DNA from: Bilabrum cf. latius
Lineage: Eukaryota
DNA: 64,000 bases
Assembly (NCBI GenBank): GCA_965178125.1
Contig: OZ237746.1
Span: 496,001 to 560,000, forward strand
Reading direction: 5' to 3'
The position numbers were made by a program, and so were the translations under genes. Below are positions 1 through 13,800 of this stretch, one piece after another (the first letter of the stretch is position 1; each line of letters opens with the position of its first letter). The notes beneath the pieces were generated by a model. The model had not been told where the DNA came from. It saw only the letters and a list, made by a program, of their open reading frames with translations, and did no database searches.

Positions 1-1
1 T

Positions 2-3000
2 CAGCCTCAGCCTCAGCAGCAGTTGCAGTTGCACGCCGAGCAGCAGCTTCAAATCGTGCAGGGGTAGCATGCCGCGCAGCAGTTGTACATCGCGTAGCAT
101 ACTCCGATGCAAGGCAACTCGCAGGCACAGGGGAGTGCCACTACAGTTCTGTTGGATGGTAATGCACCCGTCACTCACTACCTGCCCAGAGACCAAGTCA
201 CAGAGGCGATGGTACATGCGCACCAGGCGACTGGAGTGAACAGCGTCCCGTCTGGACGGGATGCGCAGGGCCGGCACAAGGCAGGCCCGGGCGGGTCCGG
301 CGGGGCAAAGCGCTCCTCTGCTCGACGCAGCAAAAGGCAACAAAAGAAGCAAGAAGCTGCAGCTGAACAGTAGAGTGATGCCATCATCAAAGAGCAGGCG
401 GCGGCTTCAGGTGATACAGGCATGCCCGCTACTGAGTCTGAAGGTGGTGCAGCTGGCCGTAAGCGAGCTAGGCCTCGAAGCAGAACCAGATCACTGGGCT
501 CTGCGCCTGGTGCTCCAACAGCCCGAGATGCCCCTTCCAAGCATCAGGAGTGTGCCGACGTGCCTGGAACTCTAGCCAGCGGGGCGGTGCCCTCCAGCAA
601 GAAGCGACGCACCGGGACTGGAACAAGTGCTGGTGGCGGAAGCGCTGCAAAGACTGCGGGGTCGAGCGCACCAGCAGTCGAGGCTGCCGAGCAGGATGAT
701 GATGACGCAGATGATGATGACGCAGACGACAAGGAGATCGAGTACGTAGAAGCGGTGCAATCGATGAGCTAGGAGGACAGGGACAGACAAGAAGCGCGTC
801 GGCTGCAAGATGAGGAAGAGAGGCGGGTGTCGCCGCGGCGAAGGGGGGCGAGGTGGAAGTAGTCCCCGCAGGGGGATGCGTCAGGAGCAAAGCCTCATGC
901 TGCATCCAACACCCCCAGCCGCGCCTCTGTGGGCAATAATTCCGAGTTCCTGCCGGACGACTCTGACTTTCAAAGCGGCTCAGAACGTACCTCCGCCCGG
1001 TAGAGGGAAGAACCCACGCATCCTCACAAACGCCGAGCATCCCGCGCAGCCGCTGCCACAGCGCGAGCTGCTCTTTAGCAGATCTAGGAATAGTCTGGTG
1101 AGCGCAGCTCCAAATCGGACGCAGACGCTGATTCGAACTCAGGTGCGGATACTGATTTTCAGCAGGATGAAGATACCAGCGAGGCCGATTCACATGATGG
1201 CAGTGGCCAAGCGCCTGGACGGCGGCGGCCTGGCATCACACTGGCGCACACACGCGCTGAGTCTTCGACTTCGTCCTAGGCATCCTTTCCTTCTATGGCC
1301 CTGCCAGATCCTGCTTCATTGCAGTCTTCGATACCTGCAAATTCTGCATCCGTAGACTCTGGGTCTGTACCTGTGCCTGCAACTGCCCGAGGTACGACGT
1401 AGCCGAAGGAGATGCCAGCACGATAGCCCGCCCGCAAACGCGCCTCTTCAAAACAGGCAAGCCACGATTCAGTCCTTGTAAATGGCCGCTACAAGTCGAC
1501 AGGGCACGATTCAAAGATGTCTGCTTCACGTGGAGGAGTGAATGGAACAGCTGAGAATCGTGAGCCAGACATGGCGACAGCAACGGGCAGCAAGTCTCGC
1601 GGGAACCATCCGGCCACATCGGGGAAGACGAAGCCATTCAGGCTGCCTCGGCCTGCGTAGGGTGCCGCTGCTTCTACAGGTAAGGAAAGTTCGGCCCTCG
1701 ACAGCGTGAGGTTGGTGGCTCTCAAGCGTTCCTCTAGACAGCGGGTTGGCAAGCGCGGGCACATGAATGCTGTTCATGTACCCTCGCTAGAAACCTAGCC
1801 AGCTGCTATCGATCTCACTAGCGGGGAGACTGGCTCCAGTGCAGCTCAGCCAGCATCCTCCTCATCCTCGTCGTCCTCCTCATCATCAATGTCAATGGAG
1901 GTCTCTACACGGAGAGCCAGGTCTCGGTCTTCCTCCGTAGTGCCAGTCTCAGATCCCGCCATGGATGTCGTATCCCGCCTTCAACTTGTCAGGACCGGTG
2001 CTGTTGACGCGTCTCACCTCAATATTCAAGTCAACGTGGTGCTGGACGGGGAAGAGGTGTGTGCCTAGTCGGTCAGCGGCCAAGACGCAGTCGATCTGCT
2101 AAGCCACCCTGCCCTCTTCAGCAGGATTAAAGTCGGCTTGCAGAGCGGCCCGTCCGCATAGGCTTAGCAGGCACTGCCAGCTGCAGCAAGTGCGTCAAGC
2201 ACTCGGGAGTCAGGCCGGCAACGATCAGGAGCCCCAGCTCCTGCCCCTCCCTCAAACCCGGCTGCTGCTCCAGTCCTCGCCCTTGCCCCTGATGCAGGCG
2301 CAGCAGCGGGCTAGGCTGAACAACCGGCACCCACCACGGTAGTTCACGTTGGCGCCGAGCACCGCGGTATTGCGACCATACATGCCAAAGAGCTGGTGCT
2401 TGGGTCTGCCACAGGTGGGATCGAAGCAGGGGGGACAGTGCCGGGAGTTGAGAACCCCACTACAACTGATCCTCACGAGCTGCTCTTAATGATCGCCAGC
2501 GGTAGGTTTCGGTACCAAGTCGAGCTTGTGTACAAGTTCCTCGGTTATTCCAAGGGCAGGCAAAATCTTTTGAAGAAAGCAGTGATGATTGTCATCACAA
2601 GACCCGCATCAAAGCGACTGTACGATGACATTTCAGATGGTCCGGGGGCTGATATCCTTGCGCGTCTTGAGGGTGTTCCCAAGGCGGCATGCGGCATAAT
2701 CGGGTGCACGTTCTCGGACGGTTCTGCAGGCAGTGCATTCGCGGTAGATCTAGAGGCGGTTTATGGAGGGATGCCCAAGAAAGCAGCTGGCGACAAGGCT
2801 TTTAAGGTCAAAGACGCGCACAATAAATTGAACCGGAGTGGCGCTTGGAAGAAAAAAAAGACGCCTTTCCTAGCGCATTGCGTCGTGGCTTGCCAGACGC
2901 CGCGAGGCGATGCCATGCCTGTTCCGGTCGACTTGTGGCCTCCATGCCCCCAAACTTCTGCAGTAGTCAAGTAGCGAGATGATGATATCAGGGCACAGGG

Positions 3001-6000
3001 AGGCGACAGATTCTCCTCATTTCAGCCCTGGGATTGCGCAGCAAAAGGTACAGCAAACGATGGTGCTCGGGTTGCTGGTGTTCCTGCTGTGGCTCATTCC
3101 AAAGCTGCCGCGAGGATGCGCGACTATCGTCGGGTGAGCGGGGATTCAGAGACTGTGGACGCCACGGTAGGATTACCGCATCGTAAGATCAGGTCTAGTC
3201 GGCCTGTTGTCGAGTCTGATCTTGATTCTGAGGACGACGGTGTGGACACTGCAGGTGAAGGAGAGAGTGGAAATCAAGCATCGGGCTCTGCCGCGTTACA
3301 GAATCGGGGCGGATTTGGCAATATTGCCCCCAGCTCCAGCCCTGGTTAGCCGCCCAGCCCTCCGGCTGGGTGCGTCGGATACTTCGTGTCAAAGGATGGG
3401 GGAATCAGGGCGCAGCTTCACGGCCCTGCCATAGGGAGCTCCAGCGATGACCTGAACGATGGCCTTGGCACAACTGGATCTCGAGGGTCTGTCCATCCCG
3501 TGCTGAGGGAGCCTGGAAACCATTTCTCAGAGTATTAGAGCAAGCGGATGCACCCTGTATTTTCCAAAGGAAACAGTAGTTCCTCGGCATTCATGCTCGT
3601 TTACTCCCGAGTTAGCGCGCAGAAGACGAAGGAGTGGATGCGTATCGAGAAACACGTCAATCTGGCCACCGGAAAGGACTAGGCACAGCAGCAGCCTTCG
3701 GCCGCGTCGGCCCCATTGGATTTATCTGACGACGCTGATTCCGGTAGTAGCGATATCGAAGAGCTTGGACAGGCGACTGCTTCTGGCACGGGCAACGGTG
3801 GCAGGGGCAAGGCCAGCAAGGCAGCAACGTCTCGAGGCCGCAAACGAAGTCCGCTGCCAGGTGCAGAAGATAGCGAGGATGAGTATGAGCCCAGTCCGGA
3901 CCGCGCACAGTCTCGCAAATCCAAGTCGAAGTCTCCAAAAAAGAAGAAAGCAACGAAAAGCTCCGCAAAAGCGAGCGCACGGAGCAAGAGCAGCAAGGGC
4001 GGAAAGGCAGCCTCTAGCAGACAGAAGCAGAGCAAGGCCGCCCAAATGGCCGAATAGTACCCAGCCACCGGTGGCCATGACCACGAGCGATACATGCCCC
4101 TGCCTGAGGTAGACCCCCACGTTCGGCTGAGGCAGTACATGCATGCAGTTGCAGCGTCCAGGCAGGAGTGGTAGTCCCACTGGCAGGCCACGATACCATC
4201 CAGGCAGTACCCGGTTCTGAAGCCCGTGCAGGATGTGCTGCTGCCTGACCGCGCGCGTCTCGAGGCCGTCGTGAGAGCGAATGAACGGGCGCAAGAACGG
4301 TGCGTGGAGTTTGTGAGATCCTACTGTGCCGTCCTACGCGCCGTCAACGCGCGGCGAATGCTCGCTGCAGCTCTGCTGCAGGGCTCCACAGATGGCACTG
4401 GTGCTTGCGCACTGGTGCCAATGGCTTCTGTGGCCTGGAAATAGAACCGCCAGCTCTCTGCTGTGGTTGGAGTCGACGAGAACCTTGTCGGTGCTGCGAC
4501 AAGCTCAAAGGTGCTGGCCGTCTACCAGTCAACGGTTGTGTTGGGTGCTGATAACGAGGTGACTGAGGCGGGCGCCGCCGCTAGTTCCAGGTCATAGCAT
4601 GGCTATGGAAGCGGGGGTGCCCTTGTCATGCGATCTGATGATGATGTTGAACGTGTTGCCGCGCTGGTATCCAGTGAATAGCTGCCACAGGACGCTCCCG
4701 TTCTTGTGGACACTCGCTGGCTGGTTGCGTGGATCCAAGGTGCGACCGGCCTGCAGGTGACGGGAGCCAGGGCCAAGTCCCGGATGCAGCAGAAGATGGA
4801 GTCGATGGCTCGGTCCGGTTCCCCTAGCCGCAGCAAGTCCTCAGCTTCGCCCAGTAAAGGCTCGCGCCGCACCGACGGAGGGGTCAATCTGCCTGCCTCG
4901 GACGTCGGCAGCATCACCAAGCTGCTCGGGAAGTGGAAGGGTGAGCTCAGCACAGAGATGCTGGTTCGGAGGGGCAGCGAGAGGATGTCGGATTCGGTTC
5001 TTGATGCAGACAGTGAACTTGCCAAGAGCTCGTCCGTCCTGTCATCAACCAAGGTGGGGAGCTCATCAGCAGGCCCGTCGAGCGGGGCAGGTGCAGGCGG
5101 TAACGTTGTCGATGTCAGCGACGACGAAGATGAAGAACATCTTGCTGGAGGCAAGGGTGGCAGCAACTCACACGGTCGTAGCAAAGGAGCTACACCAAGC
5201 CAGATTGCGATGAATGACGACGACGATGATGACTTGGAAATCATGGGCTCGAGCTCCGGTGACCAAGTGGCAGGATCTGGGTCTGCCAGGCTAGACAGGA
5301 GCGAGACGCAGGACTCTAGCGTCATCCTCCAATCGAGTCAGAGCCAAGAGCCCACCACGGAAGCGCAGGCTAGGGCTAAAATACTGCAGTGGTCTGACAT
5401 CGATTGGACTGATGGTCTGCCAAATGAACAGCTGCACGAAGCAGCGATCCAGGCAAAGTAGAACGGCGGTGCGTCGGCATCATCAGCCATGACAGACGGC
5501 GATGAATCCACCCCAACGGAACAGGATCCTGTGGTGGCAGGCGGGATGGCCCGGGCTAACTTGTGCACGGCTTCAATCACTTCTGGAATAGCGCTTGGAA
5601 CAAGGGAGGGGAAGAGGACGGAGCCCAACAGATCGGTAGCAGTCCAAGTCGATGCTGACGTAACCGAAGTGCTTGATCCGCGGATGCTGCCAAGCACATG
5701 CACGGTGACCGTGCAAGCGCTGCTGGCAATGGTACGGCCTGACCACGGCCTGGGAATAATTCAGGATGGAATCAAGCGCGCCGTTGCGCATTTTCAAAGC
5801 GCAAATGGAGGTGGCGTGCCCATGGATTTGGATATCCTCGACGGCGCCGCAAGTGTCACAAGCTAGGCCAAGGGCAAGGGGACAGGCAAGGGCAGCGGAA
5901 AGGGCAAGGCAAAGGGCAAGACTTTAGACGATCACTTCGGCGAGTCGGCTGGTGCAAGTGGAGACGCTAATGACGTGTCTGAGGTTGTGATCAATGAGAT

Positions 6001-9000
6001 CATGGCAGGCAAAGGAGCCCTCTACAGGATGCAGCAGAAGGGAGGTGCTCTCGCCGGACTCAACCTGCTTGAATGCGACCCGTATGGGAGCACCTGGGCA
6101 GAGAACCCTGGTGCTGGATGCCCAGAGGCTGCCAGCAGATTCATGCTTAGGGCTGCGGGCAATTACGCTGATGGAGACTAGCAGCAGCAGGTGCGGCAGT
6201 AGCGTAGTGCGTCTGCGCGGACTATCTCGCTGACGGAGGACGGGGAGGAGGAAGACATGGATGGAGGCAATGCCATAGGCACGGGCAACGGCACGGCAGC
6301 CGGATCAACCAATGCCAGCGCAGAGGCTGGCACTGCGTTGCCGCACCAGAGGCCAGGTTCCAAGCGAGCACGTGGATCTGAACCGGGACACGCAAGACCG
6401 GCGAAGAAGGCTAGAACAGGGACAGCAGCGCAGGAAGTCTCTGGTGTCAGTGCAGTTGACAGCGAATCTTCCATCTAGCTCATGTCTCCCGCTCTATAGG
6501 GCATATGCAGGTCTGACACCGGTCGGGCCATCCTTGCCCGAGCTCTCGCGGGAAGCGAATTAGGCGAGTCGCGCCTGCTTTCCAGTGATCTTGAACGACA
6601 GGCAGTTTGCGTGGATCGCGCCGTAGTGATGCTGCGTCCTAGCGGCGGGGACGAGAGGAGCAGCAGCGACCGGAGTGGGAGGGTGGAGGCACGAGGTCGC
6701 AGAGGTGGTCGAGGCCGCGGGCGTGGGCGTGGGCGTGGGCATGGGCGTGGCAGCAGTAGCGGCAGTAGCGGCAAATCTGGCTCGCGAGCGAGCTTACACG
6801 CGGCATCTTCAGCCCATGCTGGCGATGGTGTGTCCCTTGCGGTGCGGTTTCCGACAGATGAGGAAGGCGTCTTCTCTGCGTTTGTCCGGGAGATGGTAGT
6901 GAGAGCGGCAGGGCAACTGTGCCACTGGGGCGCCCCCGCTTTCCGTGACCTCGCCAAACTCGTGTATTCCACGCCTTAGTCTCTCAAGATTATTGCGGGG
7001 CTGCCGCTGCAGTCCAAGGCGAAGCGTGGGCCAAAGAGAGGTGGCTCGAAGAGAAATTCAGCTGCTGCCGCTGCTGCCACTGCCGCAGCTGCTTCGTCCG
7101 GTGGGGGTCCAGCCAAAGCGGAGAGTGCTGCCAAAGACGGTAAGAAGGGGGCGGGTGGTAACGAGCAAGCATGCCTTGGCGCGATTGGGAGCCTGGGTTC
7201 TGGCGCTAGAAAGACCAAACGAGGCAAGGGAGGGGCTTCCTCCGCCGCATCTGCCGATTCCAACGATGCCGCAAGCGACGAGAGGCAGGAGCCGTCCGTC
7301 TAGAACCGTCCGCCATACATGGCGATCGTGTCAAAAGACTTGCTAGCTAGCATTCGCAGGCGGATGTAGTTCGAACAGGACGTGCTAACTGCCGTCAACG
7401 CTTCCCTTCGGAAACCGCATCGAGCTGCCGACGAGGACCTTGCGCTGCGGGTCGTGCTGGCCATGCAGCCGGTTGATGCTGTTGGGAGCGAGCTGCTTAG
7501 CAAGGAACTGGACCAGCTGGCAGCAGTGGACGTCAAATCGCTGGAGAGGGCAAGCATGGAGGAGGGTGTCGTAATCGAGCTCGACGGGGACGGGGACGGG
7601 GACGAGCAGGACGAGCAGCCTCCCATGGATCAAGACGGAGATGGCGACGACGACGATGACGACATTGAGATGCTGTCAGCGCCAAGTGCCAAGGCTAACA
7701 AGCAGCCCAAGCCTGCAAAGACAATTGGTCCTGCTGATTCTGCTACTAGCAGCGATGCACAACAAGGCCCAGCTCCGCCACAGGAGCTTGCATCTGTGCA
7801 GGCATGCGAGACGAGGATGGACTGGCTGCTTGCAGCTCATGCCGCTCTCATCCCCCGCCGGCCTCCCATCGATCAGATCGCCAGCAGCTGGACACTGAAC
7901 GATGATCTCGCGACAGCAGATCACGGGTTGCGGCCCAGTCGCAGTGGAAGGTAGGTGGTGTACTTGCAGGGCCTTGAAACTGTGATGCGCATGTGTCTTC
8001 GCCTCGCACTGCAAGAAGTCACGAACGCAGAGCGGCTTCGTGCAATCGATTAGCTGAGGCAGAATGCTGTGAAGGACCCATTCGCAGGCACAGAAGGTGG
8101 ATGGGTGAACAGGTGGGCGAGTTTGATCGACCACCAGCCCGGCTTCAAACCAATGCCAAACACAGCAGCTGATTTGCCAGAGGAGCACCGCGAATGCTTC
8201 GTGCACGAATAGCACGAACGTCCGGCACAGCAAGCCGCACCTGCCACGTTTCCCAAGGATTCTCAGGAACATGCTGCAGAGTACCTTGAGTGCGACCCGG
8301 CAATCGTGCTACCGGAGTGGCATCTGCAATCACTTGCAGCGGCACTGGCCGCCATTGGACGACCCGCGCACTACTTCCACAACCGCCAGAGAGACTGCAT
8401 GGTCGCCCTCGATGCTGCGAAACAGGCCAGGAACAAGGTCGATGAGATGGACGAGGTCCGCAGGAAGCTGTATCGCGGGAAGTTCTTGCAGCGTCTGCTG
8501 AAACGTGCCATGGAGGGTCGTCCGAAGCCAGCCAATGGCGTTTCGCTGGGAATCCCACTATCCTACAACCAGTCCTTCCGAGTATTTCCTCGAGCGTGGC
8601 TGGAGAGCTGGCGGCAGTACTACAGCGACCGAACTGCGTCGGCGCAGCTGCCAAGCTGCTCGCGCTCGCCCATGCTTGAGTTCCTATCACCGGCGTGCAA
8701 GAGCGCGGTAGATCGCGCCCTCCAGCAGGCTAGCTAGTTCCGCTCGAAGCAGCCAGGCGGCGGCGTCACCAAGGACCAAGTGGACGACATCTTGCTGGAG
8801 CTGGGCGCCCCTGTCATTGACCTGCCTCTGTACCTACTGGCCTACCTGCAGTTCATTGCACCCTTGGTCGTGCCTTCAGGCCGTGAAGCAGTGCCGGCCT
8901 TACCGCTGGGGCTGATCCCCGCAGGACATCGTGCTGCTGGATCTGGTGGAGACAGCAGCCAAGCACAGGCAACGGAAGTTGTTTCTGCAGGGCAGGCCGG

Positions 9001-10681
9001 GGCTGCAGCTTCAGCTGCGTCTGGAACCTCGTCCTCGGCTCACCACTCGTCATCATCATCATCAGCATCATCATCATCATCATCATCATCATCGTCGTCG
9101 TAGTCGTCATCATCAGCCGCAGCGGCAGCAGCCTACCCCTTGCCATCAGCTAGTGTGAGCGCAGGTGGAAGGCAGGATTCGCTGGGCGACACCGTGGTGG
9201 AAGGGTGCGACAAACACGGACAGAACTACCTCAGGGTAGGCGCGTGGCCTTGGTACACTGGGAGCACGAATGTCGGCGATGTCAGCATCATCTTGGGGAA
9301 CATGCTGCACGCCCGAGCGGTGGATCCAGGCATCCAGCAGGTGGAGATCGTGCAGGAGGAAGAATACCGCGATCTCGTGAAGCACTTCGCGTTCCCCTGC
9401 CCACTGGGTGACCTCCTTGAGTCGGAGGCTCAGATGGCCCACAAGCATCACGCCCACCTGGACGCTCAGCTTGAGGAGGCCAAGGAAGCCGGGGACACCA
9501 AGGCAGTCAACACTCTCCGGAAGGCTATGGCGGCGCCACCCGCTCAGGACGACATCGACATGACGGGCTGCTCTACCGAAGAGCAGAGGGAGAGGGCGAT
9601 GCGGGTGGCCTACTTGAGACACGCATGGTCGCAGTGCGCCCCCACTGTCCGTGTGCAGGGCGAAGACGGTCTGGATGCAGGCAGAGACGTGGGCAGGGTA
9701 TTCGGCAGGACTGCAGGCCTGCGTGATGCCATCATGCAGGGCGGCGAAACGGTCTTGGACAGGCAGCTCGCGTCGATTGCCGCTGCATAGGGTGCGCAGC
9801 ATGACGGCCCTACCGTGACGCAGCTGCTTCAGGACGCATGGTGCGCGGCTGGCCCACCGAGGTCCCTCGAATAGCAGGCCGTGTTTGCTTCCCTGTCGTC
9901 AGGGGCCTCATCGTCTGCAGGCAACAACGGTGCTGCTGCATCTGTAGCCGTGGACCTGGTTGAGGCAGAAGATGCCAAGGGCGGGGAGGAGCTTGCAGAG
10001 AGCCGAGGCGCCTCTGCGGACTGGGCGGAAGAGGCGCGCCTGCACGCATGCAGGCGGGGCGGCGCTGCCTGGACACTTGCCCCTTCGATCGATGTGGGCG
10101 CGCTTCGCGCGAGGCTTGAGCGCTCTGCCGTCCACCGGCATGATGTATCGAAGTCGGGGCTCTCGCGCACTCCCTTGTTCGTGCGAATCGTTCAGTCTTC
10201 ATCTGACGCACCGTCGGAGCAGCCGCTGATCCCGCAGGTGCCCGGCGAAGACTTCGTAAAGGGGATCGAGGAGGTGCTACCCATTGGCGCGGACACATCC
10301 CTCGGGCTGCTCGCCAGCAGCAAGTAGTCAGACGAGTCGAGCGGCAGGTCTCGAAGGCAGGGCAGCCGCAGACTGGCGGGCGGCACGCTGCACCTGGAGC
10401 TCGTGTCTCTTGAGAAAGTGGGCGATGTCGGCGTGCAGCTGTTCCAGATCGCGACGGATAGAACCAAGAGCTCAGAGGCAGCGACGGAGAAGTGCATGTC
10501 GTACCTGTCCGGACAGGTGCATCGGACGTCGACCCACTAGCTAGAGCACGACCTTCCAGTGTCTGCGTGCGACGTGCCTGTCCTCGGCCTCGTGTACTAT
10601 GCGGTGCAAGAGGGAGGCAGCAGCAGGGGCTCGTCGTCTTCCTCTGGTGCTGTCGGCTTCAGCGGGTCGCTCATGACTTGA
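2..10681 (+). CDS. USP48/UBP26-like ubiquitin-specific protease, 5'-partial (end of USP domain, DUSP-like repeats, C-terminal UBL-like region); read with TAG=Gln
   Basis: One frame (ORFs 107, 422, 2396, 3089, 3716, 4226, 4706, 5489 ... 9881) is interrupted only by TAG (>40) until TGA at 10679-10681. It contains the USP terminal motif SSSAFMLVYSR (AFMLVY at 3587-3604), DUSP-like motifs VDTRWLVAWIQG, LNDDLATADHG and VFPRAWLESWRQY, and the C-terminus ...GAVGFSGSLMT*, similar to USP48/UBP26 tails. The Cys and His boxes are not in the window. Confidence 0.7.
9047..9115 (+). repeat. (TCA/TCG)n microsatellite encoding poly-Ser within the USP-like CDS
   Basis: Direct trinucleotide repeat tcatcatca.../tcgtcg; one unit is TAG. 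Confidence 0.9.
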
Positions 10682-10885
10682 ATCTTGAAGTATTAATCAA
10701 GAACACGAACCCGCGACTATGAGCAGATATTTGCATGTATCCACAAGCTCCAGATTCGATTTTGGCGCTCGCCGGCACCAAAGACCACAACTCCGATCGC
10801 GTGTGAGGCATTATTACAAGCAGTGGATTCGGGCAAACGCGTGCCGTGAACGCTTACATTAGTCAGTGAAAAAGAACCGTCAAAT

Positions 10886-13800
10886 ATGCATGGTAGTTGT
10901 CGCCCTTTACGCTTGAATTCCCGCTGTAGTACTGGCGCGACTGGTTCGACTTTTTGTCGTGAGAACCTGCCCACTGAACGAGCTTGCAATGTCTCTCGCT
11001 GAACCTAGACCCGTGCTCGCGCAAACACCATGATGAGAAAATTCCAAATATTTTGACAAATCCATCGCAGGTTTGATCGATGCTGCAGCTCCATTTTTGG
11101 ATCTAACTGATTTAGCTTGCTTGGCTCTTGTATCTAAGCCTGTGTATTCGAGATACTCCGGGCACCGCCTACTTGTTGCAGTTGGGCAGGCAAGTCCCCT
11201 GTCTAGTAGTCAAATCGATCACAAGCTAGACGGTCGCCCATGGATAGATGCATTCAAGGCAGCGTACCATTTGGCCACACTTGTGAGGGCGGGCCAGTAT
11301 CCTATGGTCAGATCAGCAATTCTGCAAGACAACGGGGAAGCTTGCGCTTTACTGCGCGCTCTTCACGAATGGGCGCATGCAGGATATATGTTGCTGGCAA
11401 AACGTTCAGATGTGTCCGCGTGCAGGCCAATGGTGGAGGGAGTTACATCTGATAGCAGTCTCAACATAGCAGCTCTGGCACTGTGTGCATCTTCCAGTCA
11501 GGCAAGCCGGAGGTGGGAACGAGATGCTTTAAAGTAGCCTATCGATGCGACTGTGCGGCTTATGAGCCGCATCGTTGAGAGGCTGAGCACGCCGGGTGGT
11601 TCCTGCGAGCCAACACGAGACCATCGCGCAAGTGGGAGTAGCTCCCTGCATCCATTCGATGACGCGAATGATCAGTCGGAGGCAGCTGATGTGCGGGGAA
11701 AATCCATGAAGATGTTGTCGCGCTCAATTCCAACAATGCTCCGCGGCAGCCCAGGTACCCGTGGTACATCCTCAAAGCCTTCAGTGTGCGTAGATACCGC
11801 CGAATCACTCTTTGAAGAGATGGAACGACTTTGGAACGGTGATCTCGAGACAGTATGCTTTGGGGTGTCACGCTCGACTGTGTGCATGTCGGTCCCAGGA
11901 CTAGTATCGGACTCCCAGCTCAGTGGTGATGGATACCCTAGTGTGCGCGGCCACCTACCGCGACCGAGCCCACTGCAAGGCACGAATGCCGCGCCTCAAA
12001 ATCTAAATCTTCACAGAATGCCATATTCTGCGAGTGCAAGCACTGCTATAGACGTCTTGCAAGCACCGATAGACAGGTATAGTGCCAAGGGGATCCGTGA
12101 TAACGCCTGGCCGAGCCATGACAAACACCTGTCGCCTTCAACACCGTTGCTGAGCCAGTCAGTCGCAGAGCGAAGCAGCATATAGGTGGCCGCCTGTGCA
12201 GCAGCGCCACCTCACGTGTTTGATCAAGAAGTACCAACCGCAATTACGCCTGCAGAAAGTCCACGGAATGCTGGCACACAGCCCACTGCAACGACTTCGT
12301 GCAACATCATCCACTAGGGAACTGGATTCAATGCAGTGCGCTGGCTGCGCACTGCTATTGATATGGGAGCAGTTGGCAAAATGGGCCAAGTTGCTGCCGC
12401 TCAAGAGAGCCTGCATAGAGCGAGGCAGAGCACGGCCTTGCTTCGAGAGCAGATGCCGACGTGCTGTCAGGCTACCCAATGTGGTCGGTGGTGCTACGCG
12501 ACCTGCCCCACGAATTCCATCCAGTCATGCTGTGTCGATTGCTTCCATTTGTTTGTCCCAGCTGTTTTTACTGTGGGCAGTGCAGCCTCCCTGTGCTGGG
12601 GTATGGTGCCGCATGGCTGTGTTTAGCTCGCAATTCGCCACGAGGCAGGCGTGTCCGGCTTCGAGAACGTATCCGCGTTTGTGGAATCCAACACGACGCA
12701 GGCAGTGGACACTCTCAGAGACACACTTCACTGGTGTGGGGCGAACCTCACTGCTCCCAATTGGAGTGAGGACAACGCAACCGTTGCTGATGCGTACAAC
12801 GACGCCCTGGCGCCCTTCTCTGATCTGCAGTGGGCCTGGATGATGGTTGCACCTGCGATCATTGTGTTTCTCTTGCTTGCAACCGTTGCCGCAAACTGGG
12901 CTCTACAGTGTTGTTATTTCAAGACGGACTATACTGCACGAACTGTAGCAATGATGTGGTGCCCTTGGAAGGCTGATACAGCGCGTGTGGTCCCCCTGAA
13001 CGAAGTTGTCAATGCTTAGTCCCCAGATCTCATGGACCCTTGCTGGATGCAGCTGCCTAGCCAGTTCAATCAAGTGCGCAGGGTGTTTAGCAGGATTGGC
13101 TCAGAAGAACAAGCTGCGCTGGGAGCCTTGTCGCAAATAACGGTAGTTTTGAATGTAGCCGCCATCGTGTTCAGTCTCTTTTTCTGTCCTTGGTTGCTGC
13201 CGGCATGGAACCAATTGATAGATAGCAGGATTGTACCGGCAATATAGAACCCGCGACTGCATGGTATCAAAGATACTGCCAGTCCTCCGTTGGCGACAGA
13301 CTTGGATGGGCTGTGGCTAGCTGGCTGGTGTGCGGTCGCGGGCGCGTTGTCGATGCTTGTCGGTGCGGCGTATTCAATGGTACTGCAGATCGCGCAGTCG
13401 TTTGCTGCAAGAAGACAGAGGATTCGCTGCAGCAGCTGCTGCTCCTGCTGCTGCTGCTCGACTATGCGCGTGGAGGGAGCAGACGAGTTGTTTCGTGGGC
13501 TGACTCGGGAGAATGTCCCGGCCATGCTTCTTGGCATTGTTGGGTTTTTTGTTCTACTTGCTGGCTGTCAGGTGACCCACTGCTCAACATCATCTGCCTG
13601 CGATCTCCCTGCTCTAAACGAGAGCGTGCGCTGGACACTTCGCACAGGAATGGCTGTGTTGGTCATGATGTGCCTAATACGGTGCGTGCTTGATTGCATG
13701 AACTTGCGACTCACGAGCTCGCGGGAGAGGTGCTGCTGCGGGTGCGAGGCACTATGTCTCACATGCCACCGAGACCACTATCGCACAGAGAATCGGTCCT

